A stretch of DNA of 63,549 nucleotides, filler included, from Sluysia triapertura (Eukaryota), in NCBI GenBank assembly GCA_046118255.1. It is 5 parts of 5 records of this genome, joined end to end, with 100 filler letters (N's around TTAATTAATTAA, not from the genome) between each part and the next. Parts side by side here need not be neighbours in the genome. Positions count along the whole stretch, not along the records: positions 39,243 to 52,060 come from JBJNIA010080265.1; positions 52,161 to 63,549 come from JBJNIA010185213.1; 3 more parts are not named here. One strand, 5' to 3'. Each line of letters begins with the position of its first letter. Within the stretch, counting starts at the first letter, position 1. A program made the translations under genes and the position numbers. A model generated the notes under the pieces. That model did no database searches. It saw only the letters and a program-made list of their open reading frames with translations, and was not told where the DNA came from. This document shows positions 40,830 through 52,849 of the stretch, piece by piece.

Positions 40830-41500
40830 CTCACAACTTAAAATTTATAAAAATATCACATCCAATATTCATAAGCTAAACTTCACCAAAATACAATTTC
40901 CAAAACAATTACACTTCTTACTACCGAACTACACCAACACAATCACCATAAATAATACCCGATATTTGTAATATCTCATTAACTCACACACATCAACAAT
41001 TCGACTAACATTTTTAACCATCCACAGCACAACAAACTTCGACATTTAATCTCGAATAATTCATAACATTTACTCATAAGGTATTCTAACAAACAAGCCA
41101 CAACCACAGTATATAAAACACAAATCCTAAACACAATAACACCATTCAACAACGTTAACAAGTACCTCATACACAGATAACATTTACATTAAAACTTCCA
41201 ACCAACTACACTAAACTAAACCTACTTCATTTACACATGTTCATTGTCAATACCCATTTTAATCACACTACAAATACGTTAAGATTTATTTTGTAATCGT
41301 CTTTTAAAATTAAAATAACTTCAACCTTTCAATAAGCATCTCAAACTATCATATTCAAGGCATAAATCTTATTATTAATTACAAATCATTAATACATTTT
41401 AGTAATTTATTCTAACATTCGTTGTTTCCGACACAGCTCAAGTCATTTCTTTTATATTCAAAAGCAAACACAATAAAGTCTTCAAAAGATTCATCATTTT
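40830..41500 (+). mobile_element. Decayed LINE ORF2 (RT thumb region)
   Basis: C/A-rich strand reading KLNFTKIQ...ITINNTRYL*YLINS...TVYKTQI, matching the LNxxKT...RYLG...xYKxxI pattern that follows non-LTR RT domains. Boundaries approximate. Confidence 0.45.
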
Positions 41501-42280
41501 TACTATGAAACAATAAGACAACTTAAGTTTAACATATCACTTTACTGTCGTTTTAAGTAACAACAACCGCTTTTACTTTTCTTTCTATTTTAAATATGTG
41601 AGAAAGTAAAGAACATAAAAGAAAAGATAGTGTAACTTGATCAAGACGAGATTTATGCGTTTTATTTTAATAATAGTAATATTAATCACAGTGTTGTTGT
41701 TATTATTACTATTATTATCATTATTTTTATTATTATTATTATCACCATTTTATTATTATATTTTCCATCTAAACTGACAAATCATACAGTAACTACCACT
41801 ATCAGTGGTTATTGAATTAAAATTCATATCAAATCAGTGTCACCACTCATAGTGGTTTACATATCAAATATCTTGCATATCTTGTAAATTTAGTATTGTG
41901 TTAGGTCTCTTTTATAACGTGTCTGGTTGGATGTTCATTTATTGCACACCCTATATTTCAATCTTGTTATCTAATAAAATTGATTTTAAAAATAGAAAAC
42001 TTAGAATCAATTGGACGACCAATGATATCTCCCTGAAGAGTCAAGCAGACAAAATTAGAGTTACAGCGAAGATTAATAAAAAGTATAATACCTAAAAGTA
42101 TACCAACGTTCAAGACAAACAAAAAAAGAGGATTATATCTTAAATACAAAAGCAGGACGATATCAGATATCATTAACATCTTCTGTTTCGTCATACAAAT
42201 AGTGTTAATAGTATTGTTAATTTTAATCTAACAAGAGCTTTTCATCTAAACGGACTCATTCTCAGTAATTAATCGATATA

Positions 42281-43111
42281 ATGATAATGATGATTATTTC
42301 AATAAAAGACCGTAATACGAGTAATACTGTACGTATTACTCGGAGACATTGCTCATCAAAGAATTTTACAGATTTGTTAAATGCGTATATAAAATATATT
42401 CATAATCCAATTGACGATCCGTATTTGTCTGATACATTACAAGACTTGATTAATTCTATTAATTTAACAAATTGTGATGTAAACAATATCGGTTTCCTAC
42501 TCATTATTTCTCTAACGACGTCGCAACTAGAAAGAGTTGAACAAAGAATAAATAGTATCAATAAAGAACAACCACCATGTGATTATCTTTCCTTTCTTCA
42601 ATCAATCTATGACATTTATATGAATTTATCATTAGAAAATATGATAGATGTAGAATCGGTCTATAAGCCACATTTTCAAGTTACATGCTTCATCAAAGTT
42701 GATAATGATGTTTTTCCAATAAATCAGCGATGCATCGATATAATTAATGATAAGTTACTGAAAACGCAAAATATTCAACTTATGATTAGTAAATTACAAG
42801 TTCATCTGGTAGCAATTAGGAATATTCGATCAAAACGGTCGTTTCCCTGCAATATTTATAATGAATCATTATTCTTTGTAAGATGTTCCGAACATGATTT
42901 TAACCATAGCGAAGTAGTTAACGTGTATGACGATTATCATGAAAGAAACCTAAAACAACGTGAAATAGAACAATATCTTCGTTTTATTAACTCGCAACAG
43001 AACAAATCATTGATGAATGGACCAATACATGTAGAACATTTAGAGCTAGTTGTCATAACCTTTTATAAGATCGAGTCAATCAGTGTGAATTATAAATTTA
43101 TACATATGTGA
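42281..43111 (+). CDS. Intronless 276-aa hypothetical protein
   Basis: Longest ORF in the window. An open ATG-to-TGA frame of this length is very unlikely by chance at this AT content. No motif recognised. Confidence 0.7.
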   Translation: MIMMIISIKDRNTSNTVRITRRHCSSKNFTDLLNAYIKYIHNPIDDPYLSDTLQDLINSINLTNCDVNNIGFLLIISLTTSQLERVEQRINSINKEQPPCDYLSFLQSIYDIYMNLSLENMIDVESVYKPHFQVTCFIKVDNDVFPINQRCIDIINDKLLKTQNIQLMISKLQVHLVAIRNIRSKRSFPCNIYNESLFFVRCSEHDFNHSEVVNVYDDYHERNLKQREIEQYLRFINSQQNKSLMNGPIHVEHLELVVITFYKIESISVNYKFIHM

Positions 43112-43427
43112 TAAATTTTATTTCAGTTTATTAGTTTCGTACTAGGGTTGGTGAAGCACAACAGTGTTTCCAGCATTATCAAGGGTCAACAGAAGTAAAA
43201 AAAAAATAAAAAATAAAACATGCAACTCTAAAAGAATTTGGTCGCCTTTGAACTTCATAGCAATCAATGTTTTAATAGTAAAATTTAGTATTGATAATTT
43301 CAAGGCCTTTCTTTTTTTACAAATCGTAAACCAATGTTTTTATGTTTAATAGTATCGAATAAAGATAAATTTTCTAATAATTTTGAAGATCAGCTTGTGA
43401 AATTAATGTATAAAGATATAAAATTTA

Positions 43428-43727
43428 TTGACTTGTTACAAAACCATAAAATTAAGGGGATACAAGGAAAGAATGTTGTTATGTGCTAATGCGGTTTTAT
43501 ACATAATCCATTTAGAGTCTTACAACAAAATGATCTTTAACATATTAAGTTGCCTCTTAGGACCGACTCAAAAGGAATGTGTTGACACGCATACTAATTC
43601 CTCATTTAAACAGCAATATATTAAACTAGTATTGATGAATGAAAATAAGAATAACTTTAAACGCCCTCAAAATCTATACACCTCAATTCGTGCAAGGAGT
43701 ATTACTTCCCAAATCTGTATCAATTAA
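43428..43727 (+). CDS. Hypothetical or decayed ORF (99 aa)
   Basis: Open frame downstream of and co-oriented with 42281-43111. No canonical start and no motif. Confidence 0.3.
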   Translation: MTCYKTIKLRGYKERMLLCANAVLYIIHLESYNKMIFNILSCLLGPTQKECVDTHTNSSFKQQYIKLVLMNENKNNFKRPQNLYTSIRARSITSQICIN

Positions 43728-43964
43728 ACAAACAGCCCATACTTATAATATTAAAATTCTTGACTAAATTAAATGTTTCATTGAAATTTTAATTTTAATT
43801 ATCTTATTTTTATTATAATTTTACAAAATGTTTGTTAATAAGAGTTCAATAGTGTTTGTTATTTTTGATAAATTGAGATCTCCAAAATTTGTTAGGATAA
43901 GAGTTATTACTAAAATAAGTAATATTATTGACTTATAAGTTACAGAGGTACCAACTGCTAGTTG

Positions 43965-44018
43965 TAAGACGCTTAGTGTAACCGGATCCTGCTCAATTTT
44001 ATTTTGCCGTAGGTTTAG
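43965..44018 (+). repeat. Short dispersed repeat (copy of 22624-22679)
   Basis: Direct sequence match. Confidence 0.85.
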
Positions 44019-46199
44019 CATTAAGGAAAACCACAGCATTATTATTCTCATTTATCTGAATGCGAAATAAAATATTTTGGTTGAATAGATATTAGAGTAA
44101 AAATTATAAGATTTAAGATAATTTATAGTCAATTTTATGATTTTTATTGAAATTTTACTTTATAATATTAAAGACGCAACAGTATGTAGATTATGTTGAG
44201 TAGAGGAAATCAATGTTTATATTTTGTACTTAATGAAGTCCGACAAGTAGCTCTATGTAATTGTCTGAGATGCCACTTTTGTCTTGTCCCATAAAATATA
44301 CGAATAATTTGTGTACAAAACATTGATTAGAAACTCAAGAGATTTTGGACAATGAGAGTGATATAAAAAGGAATATTGGTAATATTTATATTTTTTGTTT
44401 GGCGGACACAAAATTTATAAAAGTTAAAATATGATAAGAAAATCTATATTTCGAATAATTTTTATTTTATTTTCACATTATTTTAAAATTTTAATTAAAT
44501 TGTTAGGGAATCAACCTATTTTAAAATATTTTAATTATTTAATTCATTTCAATCGAAGCTTCTAAGAAATTTACGTTAGGAAGCAATCCCTCTTAATTAT
44601 ATTTTATTTTCCGGAATATAACCATAGAGAACAGATGTTCCCCAGAAATAAGTAGAAGTTCGCTTTTATATTTGACGTCTAACTTCATTTAGTATTTATA
44701 TTGTTCATTGCATTATTTATTTATGTATGTATTTGGCTGATAATAAAATAATCATATTGTTGTGTATTTTATTTGATTCGTTTTTTGGAACGATTGAAGA
44801 AAATATTATTAAAATAATTGAAAAATAAATTTCCTAATAATATAAGGAAATATCAAAATGCAGAAAAGCATTGATTTACAATAGATAATTTTAGTTATTT
44901 TAAATTTTAAAATTAAAATTTTGGTGTATGATTAATGTACATTTTCTTATTCAAAAACCTTTTGTTAATATAAATTAATAATTTCCTAAAATTTTGCAAA
45001 ATCATTATTTTAGGAAGAAAACATATTTTACATCCTAACGTAAAATAAAATTACCAAATAGTTTATAAATGATTTTTGAATAATTACATACTTTGCAAAA
45101 TTAGCTATTATAGCAAATGATTTGTAAACTTTTCGTGAATAAAATCAAGATCAATGTTTAGTGAATTTGAAAAATATATAGCTGTATTAAGAAGTATTAT
45201 ACATTTAATTTACTAAAATGAAGCCATTTCATTTTACTGTCTAAAGATATTACAGATTATATTGGAAAATTTATGCACTCACATGATTATTTATTTAAAA
45301 TTTAAAAATATGTACTGGTATAATTAAACTGAGTCATTCTTCTTATTGTAAAAGAATATTTATATAAACAATTATAAATTACACTTTAAGTTTCTAGTTT
45401 TCGTTAAAAAATTAAGAAATTGCAATTTAAGAAATAAAACTGATTTATTTTGGTCGTCAAAAGGGGAAAATTATTTTAAAGGTGTATATTAATTCTTGAA
45501 AGCATTTCTTTAAATAAATGCTTTGTTTTATAATATTAACAAAATCGTTTACATATTAATATACATTTTGTTATAAAATATTTTAAAATTCACTTTATTC
45601 CATTAGCATTGCATCCACTGAATTTCTGTTTTTATTAATTATGTACGTTGTCATCACAACCTCTAAACTAGTGATAAAAAAGAAAGTTATTTTCTAAAGC
45701 AGGAAATATGTTTCGAAAAAAGAAAATAATGTTTTCTAAAATAAAAAATACCAGCTGTATTTAATCTTTACTCGTAAAAGTAAAATCTTAAAATTTAACT
45801 TAAAATCCGATTTAATGAGGGATAAGCCTTTTTAAATTATTCAGGTCTGAAAAAATTACATTTGTTTAATAAACTTTCATTAAACTTGCGTTTTTGAGTC
45901 ATTTGTTGTACATTAATGTTAAGGTATAATAAAAAGCTATATTAATCAATTTTTATATAGAATAATTTTATTACCTAAAGTAAGTAATGTTACAGTAAAA
46001 CCCATATGTACAAATAATTAGGTAATGATAGAGTACAGACAAAGAGTAGACTCTACCTTACGATTTGCTATTTTAGTTACAGAAACGCTGTACAGTTAAG
46101 TTGTAAATCGTTTACTGCTCCAAATTATTTTGCTTTAAGTTAATAATAAATAAAACTAAAATTGCCAAAATTAAAAATATTTAATATTTGTAATTTTAG

Positions 46200-46351
46200 G
46201 AAGTATATTATATAAGATATTGTGTTTGGGAAATAACTGGATTTCAAGATCTGCTATATATTGGTAATTTTTCAGTAAATCTGACTAATCCAGAACCATA
46301 CATGGAATCAGTTAAATACCAAGAAATAGTAATGATTCAACAAAATATAAG
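46200..46351 (+). CDS. Candidate internal exon of an unidentified gene
   Basis: TTTTAG acceptor, AG|GTAAAT donor and open frame EVYYIRYCVWEITGFQDLLYIGNFSVNLTNPEPYMESVKYQEIVMIQQNI. Confidence 0.4.
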
Positions 46352-48133
46352 GTAAATTGATTTATTATTTGTAAATTTAAAGTAATAATAACAAGACTTG
46401 ATTATTACAATTTATATTATATAAAATTTTTAAGATGTTTTATTATTAAATTTTTAATTTTGTGAGTTTGCTATATTTCTGATTCCATTTTAAATTTATT
46501 ATTTCAACTTATTCAAATTTCAATAAATTTGAATCAGAAATTTTGTGAGACTCAAATTTTTAAACAAATTATAAAACTAAAAAGACAAAGAATAAAATAT
46601 CATTGTCAATGAGAATAATATTGTAAAGATGTAAAAATTTTTATTTTATTTTATATTTTAGTTATATTTAAAAATTGTAAAAAGAGTATTAAAAATTATA
46701 AAAATTATTATTTAAAAAATTATAAAAGTATTATTATTTTATTTACAAAAAATTATAAATTAAAAAAGAATTTAAAAGATGATTCCAGAACAAAGAAGTG
46801 TCTTAACGAACTAATTTTTAAATTTGTCTTTATGAGTATATAAAGAAAACAAAGAAGAAGAAGCCATAATTAATTCTTCAGCAATTCAATTCGTCGTCAG
46901 AAAAGTTATTACACCATTAACACCAGTAACACGAAGATCAATAATTTCGGTGTTCCAGCAGTAATCAAATTCATCAACCATCCATCAGCATTAGATCCCG
47001 CGTCTACAATAAGAGGGATTACAACTTCCAATTATCAACAAATCAATCAATCAAATTACTTCGAGAAACACTTCTAGAGCTTGATCATTAATTTATTAAT
47101 TGAATTTGTAAGTTTGTTTCATGTAGCTTGAAAACTCAGTTTGAATTAAAATATTTACGTAAAAACATCAATTTTCGGTTGGTCATTAAAGCCAATCATA
47201 AAATCACTTTAAACTCTAAATTCATCTTTTTTTAGTTGGCCTTAAGGTAAATTATAAAATACTTATCAAGAGATAGAGTCTTCGGGCTAGACCTTTATTA
47301 TAAATAGTTTCATATTATTATTATATTTTTATTATTTAAAAAATTTTTTATTATTGTTGTTTTTTATAAATTTACAATCGGCTTATTTTAATTTGTTGTA
47401 TTTAATAAATTTGTATTATAATAAAATTTAGATACTTTGCAGTTTTGAATTATTGTTATTTTGTCGTACAAATAGTGGTATAAATCATTTTACCTTCTTC
47501 ATATTGTAAAACGATTAAAATTGTATAAAATTTTATTAGTGGAAGTACGTGAATTACAACGTGAACTCTTTAACGTAATAATTGAAGTTAAGTTTCAGAA
47601 ATAAAAGAATAATACATGTTTATATAAATATCGTCGACCTTAGTCTTACATTAACTTTAATATTGTATATTCCAGCATTGGCCGTGATTTAGTATCGGAC
47701 GATTTTGTCTATTATTGTTTGAGTTAAGACAAAGAGTATTTTTATACAGTTAATTTTTTCGAATTGTTTTCACGTAATTTTACACCAACGCCATTAGTAA
47801 GTTGTATGTTGTAAACGGACTCTGAATAATGATAATTTATTTTGCTGTGAGTTAGGCTCTTTTATTAACAACAATTTTAACAACGTTATCTGATTATTCG
47901 GTGATATGTAATTATTTGTTAATACTTTAAATTTAATAATAAATTTAAATAGTAATTTCTTTCGTAATCGAAATACGCCAATTTTTCCAGTAAAATTATT
48001 TTAATTCAAAGTTATTTTACAAAACATATTCTAATTAATTTACTTAAGCTATTTAACAAATGTATACACAAATTTTATAACCATCCGATGCACTATATTT
48101 ATATATAACTATAAACATACAATTATTACATAT

Positions 48134-48180
48134 GTGAGTTCACCAACGTACTGAGCTTACCGGTTAGGGCCAGTCAATGG
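48134..48180 (+). repeat. GC-rich dispersed motif B
   Basis: Near-copy of 31595-31640. Confidence 0.75.
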
Positions 48181-48299
48181 ATTTTCTATCAAAAATTTAA
48201 GGTAAATGGAGGTGATAATTAAATGTAATACTTTGGGAAGAGCTTTTAATATTTTTAATTTCTTATTAATACGAAAAACTGAAATTCTATTTTAATTGT

Positions 48300-48516
48300 A
48301 TTTTAATGAGGTTCTTACTTCGAACCTTGAATGTTGATATTTTAATTAGGTTCTTAAATTGAACCTTCAATTTAGTGATTTTAATAAGGTTCCTAAATTG
48401 AACCTTTATCAATTACAAAAAGTGATTTTAATTAGGTTCTAAACCGAACCTTTCACAAAAAGAAACTTATTAATTGATTTTAATAAATGATTTTAATAAG
48501 GTTCGTACTAGAACCT
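48300..48516. repeat. Array of five spaced palindromes ATTTTAATDAGGTTC-N6/7-GAACCT
   Basis: AGGTTC arms at 48309, 48348, 48387, 48434 and 48499. Arms are invariant while loops and spacers differ. Confidence 0.92.
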
Positions 48517-49051
48517 ATAATGTTATTTAAAAATGAATCAATAATTATAAAAGAAATTCATTAAAAAAAGGAATAATGTATATATAAAATAATACGGTAT
48601 AATTTTAATCAGATTATATAACACAATAATCCTTCGTATAATTATTTTAAAAAGAGAGTTTAATAAGCTACTTCGAAATATTAGCAAAATAGAATTGGAT
48701 TTTATGTGTATTTTAGTTCAGCAATTTTAAAATTTGCAAGATACTTATTAATAAAAAACTAACGATAAGAACGAATATGTAGTCAAAATTGCTCCGCAAG
48801 GTTTTCCTTAGCGAGTTGCGTAAAATTTTGCAAAAATTTTTGTGCGTGAATATGGTCGTAATTTAGATCTTTATATATAAAAAACGAATGACCTTGAGGT
48901 CATTATTAAAACAAAAATAAAATTATAAAAAATATATTCCTTTGCGTTTTTAATATCAAAAATTTTTATTTAAAAATTATAATTATATTAAAATTATCAA
49001 AAATAAAACCTTACTTAAAAAAATAAATAAATAATTTGTAAATTTAAACAA

Positions 49052-49513
49052 TTAGAAATGATCTATAATTATGAGTTGATAGTATGAGTTTTGTATTGCA
49101 AAATTGTATTTTAAAAAGAATTTAAGTAATTGTTCAAGTTTGACTCTCCTTGAGGACTTAATTTCATTAGAAACCTCCATTTTACAACCTAAATTTGCTA
49201 TGCAATGAATGTAATTAAATGATGTTTTAATTTCTTTAAGTGCTGTTTCTAAAACAAATTCTAGCTCAATAGAATAATTCTTACGTACATAGTATATTAC
49301 ATTTAACCTTACGAAATCTCTTTCTGATTTTAAAGTTTGCTTAATTTTAATTATCATATAGTTTCTACAAGATTTTCTTAATTTATCAAGAGAATGTAAG
49401 GACTTATAATGTTTATTAAGGTTTAGCTCAACCTTATCTGTCATGTTTAACATTATCTTTATAAACTTAGTACCATTATGTTCAAATGTTATTAATAAAA
49501 AAGTATAATCCAA
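49052..49513 (-). CDS. Intronless ~150-aa hypothetical protein
   Basis: Long open frame in very AT-rich DNA. Starts at TTG, first ATG is 20 codons in. No motif recognised. Confidence 0.5.
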   Translation of the reverse strand: MDYTFLLITFEHNGTKFIKIMLNMTDKVELNLNKHYKSLHSLDKLRKSCRNYMIIKIKQTLKSERDFVRLNVIYYVRKNYSIELEFVLETALKEIKTSFNYIHCIANLGCKMEVSNEIKSSRRVKLEQLLKFFLKYNFAIQNSYYQLIIIDHF

Positions 49514-49581
49514 ATTTATTATATAATTAAAACTATTAATTACACTAAAATGTAAAAATAATTTGTCTATTGTAATCGTCC

Positions 49582-50177
49582 ATGAGACTCCGACGCGATA
49601 TTTTTAAAGACCCTGTCGTTGCATGTCATCGATCCAAAATAATTGACTGACGACTATTTCCAGAACCTTTGTGATTTGATGGTGAGTGAACATGTGACGA
49701 ATTTTGCGGACACAGGAGATGGATTTGATCAACTTCACCAATGTACCTAGGTCAATTACAACAAATTTAAATTTCATTCAATATGTTATAAGACAGCGCT
49801 ATGCAATTAACGGAAATAGGTGAGTGTGTCAATTTTGACAAGAATTGTATTTATTCACACGGTTTGTCCGATCTACAACCACCTATTTTAATATACCAAA
49901 TCTTAATAATCATTATGAATGCATCAAAAATTTAGTATGAAGTCTTATGATTTCACCGCACATGGAGAATCCAACCATCAAGTATTCTACATCGATCGAC
50001 GATCCCCAGATTGACAATGCTTCCAGATCGCTAATTCAATTCAAGTTTAAGGTAAAAAAATCTCTTTACTTTGATGTTTTTTATGACCATGATTTTACAC
50101 ATTATACTTTATTTAGAAAAATATGTAAGGGTGATCCTGTGGCATGTCCAAACAAGATTAAGGAATTTTATTTGTAA
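49582..50177 (+). pseudogene. Decayed intronless ORF, divergent from 49052-49513
   Basis: Raised GC and broken frames from MRLRRDIFKDPVVAC to ORF 49947-50177, which ends ...KGDPVACPNKIKEFYL. Confidence 0.4.
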
Positions 50178-50416
50178 TTAAAGACTTAATTATAATCAAA
50201 ATTTGTTTAATATATGTTTTATTGTTTTACTTATATTTCTTTAGTAAGATTTATTAAGATAATTAATCTATATCTAATAGTCAAATATATAGTCAACTTA
50301 ACTGCATCAAATAAAGTTTATATGAATAACAAAAAGCCATATTTACAATTGACAAACAGTGGATATTTTATAACAAAAAATTGAAAACGTATGCTTAGTC
50401 GAGATTGCCCAAGCGG

Positions 50417-50752
50417 TAATAATAATATATTAATTTATATTGCGCTCACAACTACTACAAAGTAAGTACTCAAAGGCGCTTAAGGTAAATCATTCACCAT
50501 AATATTTCTGAAATAGAAAGAACTTTGGCTTTTTCTTAAATATTTCATAATATTCCAGTAATTGACATTCTTTGGTAACTGGTTGTATATTTTGAGACAT
50601 AAACGGCATACAACCTATCACCTGAATAGATTATCATGCCTCAATGAGATATTCATCTTGGTTTCCAATTTTTGTTTTATTTCTAAGATATTCAGGACTT
50701 CTGTAATGTAAGCACTTGTAAATATTTGTCATAATTTTGAATTCTATTCTTG
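50417..50752 (-). mobile_element. L2-type LINE 3' end
   Basis: Homologous to 17582-17942. The minus strand ends AAGCGCCTTTGAG...GAGCGCAATATAAAT...(TTA)n, the L2-like 3' stem-loop and tail. Confidence 0.85.
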
Positions 50753-51023
50753 TAGTTAAAAAGGTAAATTTGAAAGTCACTTTGTTTGATAAAATTTGGA
50801 AGGGCTGGTTCAGTTTGGATTATCATTTAATCAACTCAGGTCTAACTTATAGAAAGTTTTGGGCCCATCTAATAATTAAAGGCGAAATTTTTTCTGTTGA
50901 TTTTTTAATTAGTAAGTGCCATTATTTGTTAAATACAAATTTAAATCTAGTATATTTGATGTTTTACAATTTTAAGATAAATCATTTCCATTTTATAGTA
51001 TGTTGATTTACGAAATTATGTAG

Positions 51024-51304
51024 GACTTATTGATATCAATATACTGGCGACTGGAATTTCAGGTGGTATTCGGAAGAAACGGGAAGAGTTGGCAGCCGTC
51101 ATTTGGGATATGGTAACTGGGATGAATACCAAACGCGGATTTGCAGACTCAGGTTCTAAGACATTACAGTATCAACATGTTTTGGATGAGGTCCGTAAAA
51201 CTACTGATAGAATGATATCGCGCGAATTATTCGAAGATGCGTTAAACGTATTAAAAATGGAAGGTAAGGTGGAATGGGCCGGAAAAATTATCCGCTTTAA
51301 ATAA
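51024..51304 (+). CDS. MCM4: DNA replication licensing factor MCM4, terminal exon (winged-helix C-terminus; partial gene)
   Basis: A TAG acceptor precedes (G)LIDINILATGISGGIRKKREELAAVI...TLQYQHVLDEVR...MISRELFEDALNVLKMEGKVEWAGKIIRFK*. This matches the MCM4 C-terminus [24 protein letters not shown]...LKYQQLFEDIR...ITKDMFEEALRAL. Confidence 0.9.
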
Positions 51305-51375
51305 GTGAATAATTCACGGAACATTAATGTTTGTATGTCAAGAATTGTGTGTGTATTTATGTGTAAAATGAACTT

Positions 51376-51381
51376 AATAAA
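51376..51381 (+). promoter_or_regulatory. Probable MCM4 polyadenylation signal
   Basis: First AATAAA, about 70 bp after the stop codon. The motif is common in AT-rich DNA. Confidence 0.4.
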
Positions 51382-51941
51382 ATCACGTTTAGTATTATTT
51401 GAAATTTATTAAACTATCAGTTACGAGATGGACGAATGAATAATTCGTGATTTTACAAATCAAAAAACAGTAATATTTAACTTTATCGAACCATAAAAAG
51501 ATAAAATTTGCCTAAATAAGTCAACACTACAATATTTAACTTTCACATATTAAACAAAGCTGTTATGATTCGAAAAATAAATAAAAATGGAGTAATAACT
51601 ACTAATCGGTGACGTTTAATAATAATAATTCGACTATAAAAGTGTCGTTAAATAAAATATTATTCATGGGTTTTGAAATTAGCAGTTAAATATTAAATTA
51701 TAATACCAAGGAAGTTTTAATAAAGGACATATTTAACTTCTTAAATCCATTCAATAAAATTCACGAACTGAATTGTATGTGTATTATAATACGTATTGTA
51801 ATTATTAATAAATTTAATCAAGTTGACCGAAATGAGTAATTAAATAAATCTACACAATAAAATATTAAATTAATAATGTAACCTTACAATAGATAAAAAT
51901 AATAATGGACAGAATTTTTATTTGTGTTAGTTAATTATATA

Positions 51942-52060
51942 TGTTGGGATTGCCCAACTTTGGATTGGGAGACGAGTAGAGGGCATGTAGAGTTACAAAC
52001 GAAGGAAGAATTGATGAGAAGTAACAGATGAAGTATTATAAACATTGTTGAAATAAGAAT
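51942..52060 (+). mobile_element. Repeat family A left end, truncated by the gap
   Basis: TGTTGGGATTGCCCAACTTTGGATT..., nearly identical to 63406 onward. Confidence 0.85.
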
Positions 52061-52849
52061 NNNNNNNNNNNNNNNNNNNNNNNNNNNNNNNNNNNNNNNN
52101 NNNNTTAATTAATTAANNNNNNNNNNNNNNNNNNNNNNNNNNNNNNNNNNNNNNNNNNNNCTATAATTACAATGTATAAAATCCAATATTAATTCGTATC
52201 ATCCAGCCAAAATTAATAATGAGTCAATTAAGTATAATATTCCAAAAAAATAACTAAAACTATATATTAATTTATAATTGAAACTAAACACGATTGCTGT
52301 TATTTAATGAACATTTATTTAATATCATTACGAGCTTTTAATTTAGAAATATTCTCATTTCAATGTTATTTACATTGAGTTTTTTAATTGAGAACAATAT
52401 TATAAAAATACATTTTATACAATGTAGTTTTGTTAAGTATTAATTAACGTTATATGAATTTATATGAATATTAACTTATCCAGGGAAATTTTTCTTACGA
52501 ATTGACTTTAAATGGCATTGAATTTTTTAACTCCGAAAAAATAGTTCAATACACACCGAGCTCGAAAGCAAGGTATGATAAGACGTTCATGGTAACTAGC
52601 ATGTTAATAACGCATTATACTTAATAAGTGTTACACTGTGTTTTCGAAAATATCACTTTTAATTTATTTAGTTTCAACAAAATATGTGAGAATTCAGATT
52701 ATATGTTCTTCATCACACACCGTCTTCAATGTATTAATATTAATCATCAAAAAATCATTTTAATATGATTTTTGAAAGTCTAATTGAAACAGAAATTATT
52801 TTGATAATATATATTAATTTCTAATAAAAATACAAATTATTTAAAGATG

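Noticed and set aside
48300-48516. CRISPR array interpretation
   Set aside because: Eukaryotic context, no cas genes, repeat centres vary, and spacers are short, uneven and partly related.
50385-50420. KRMLSRDCPSGN resembling PDE4 FKRMLNRE
   Set aside because: No acceptor, an upstream in-frame stop, and it runs into the L2 tail.
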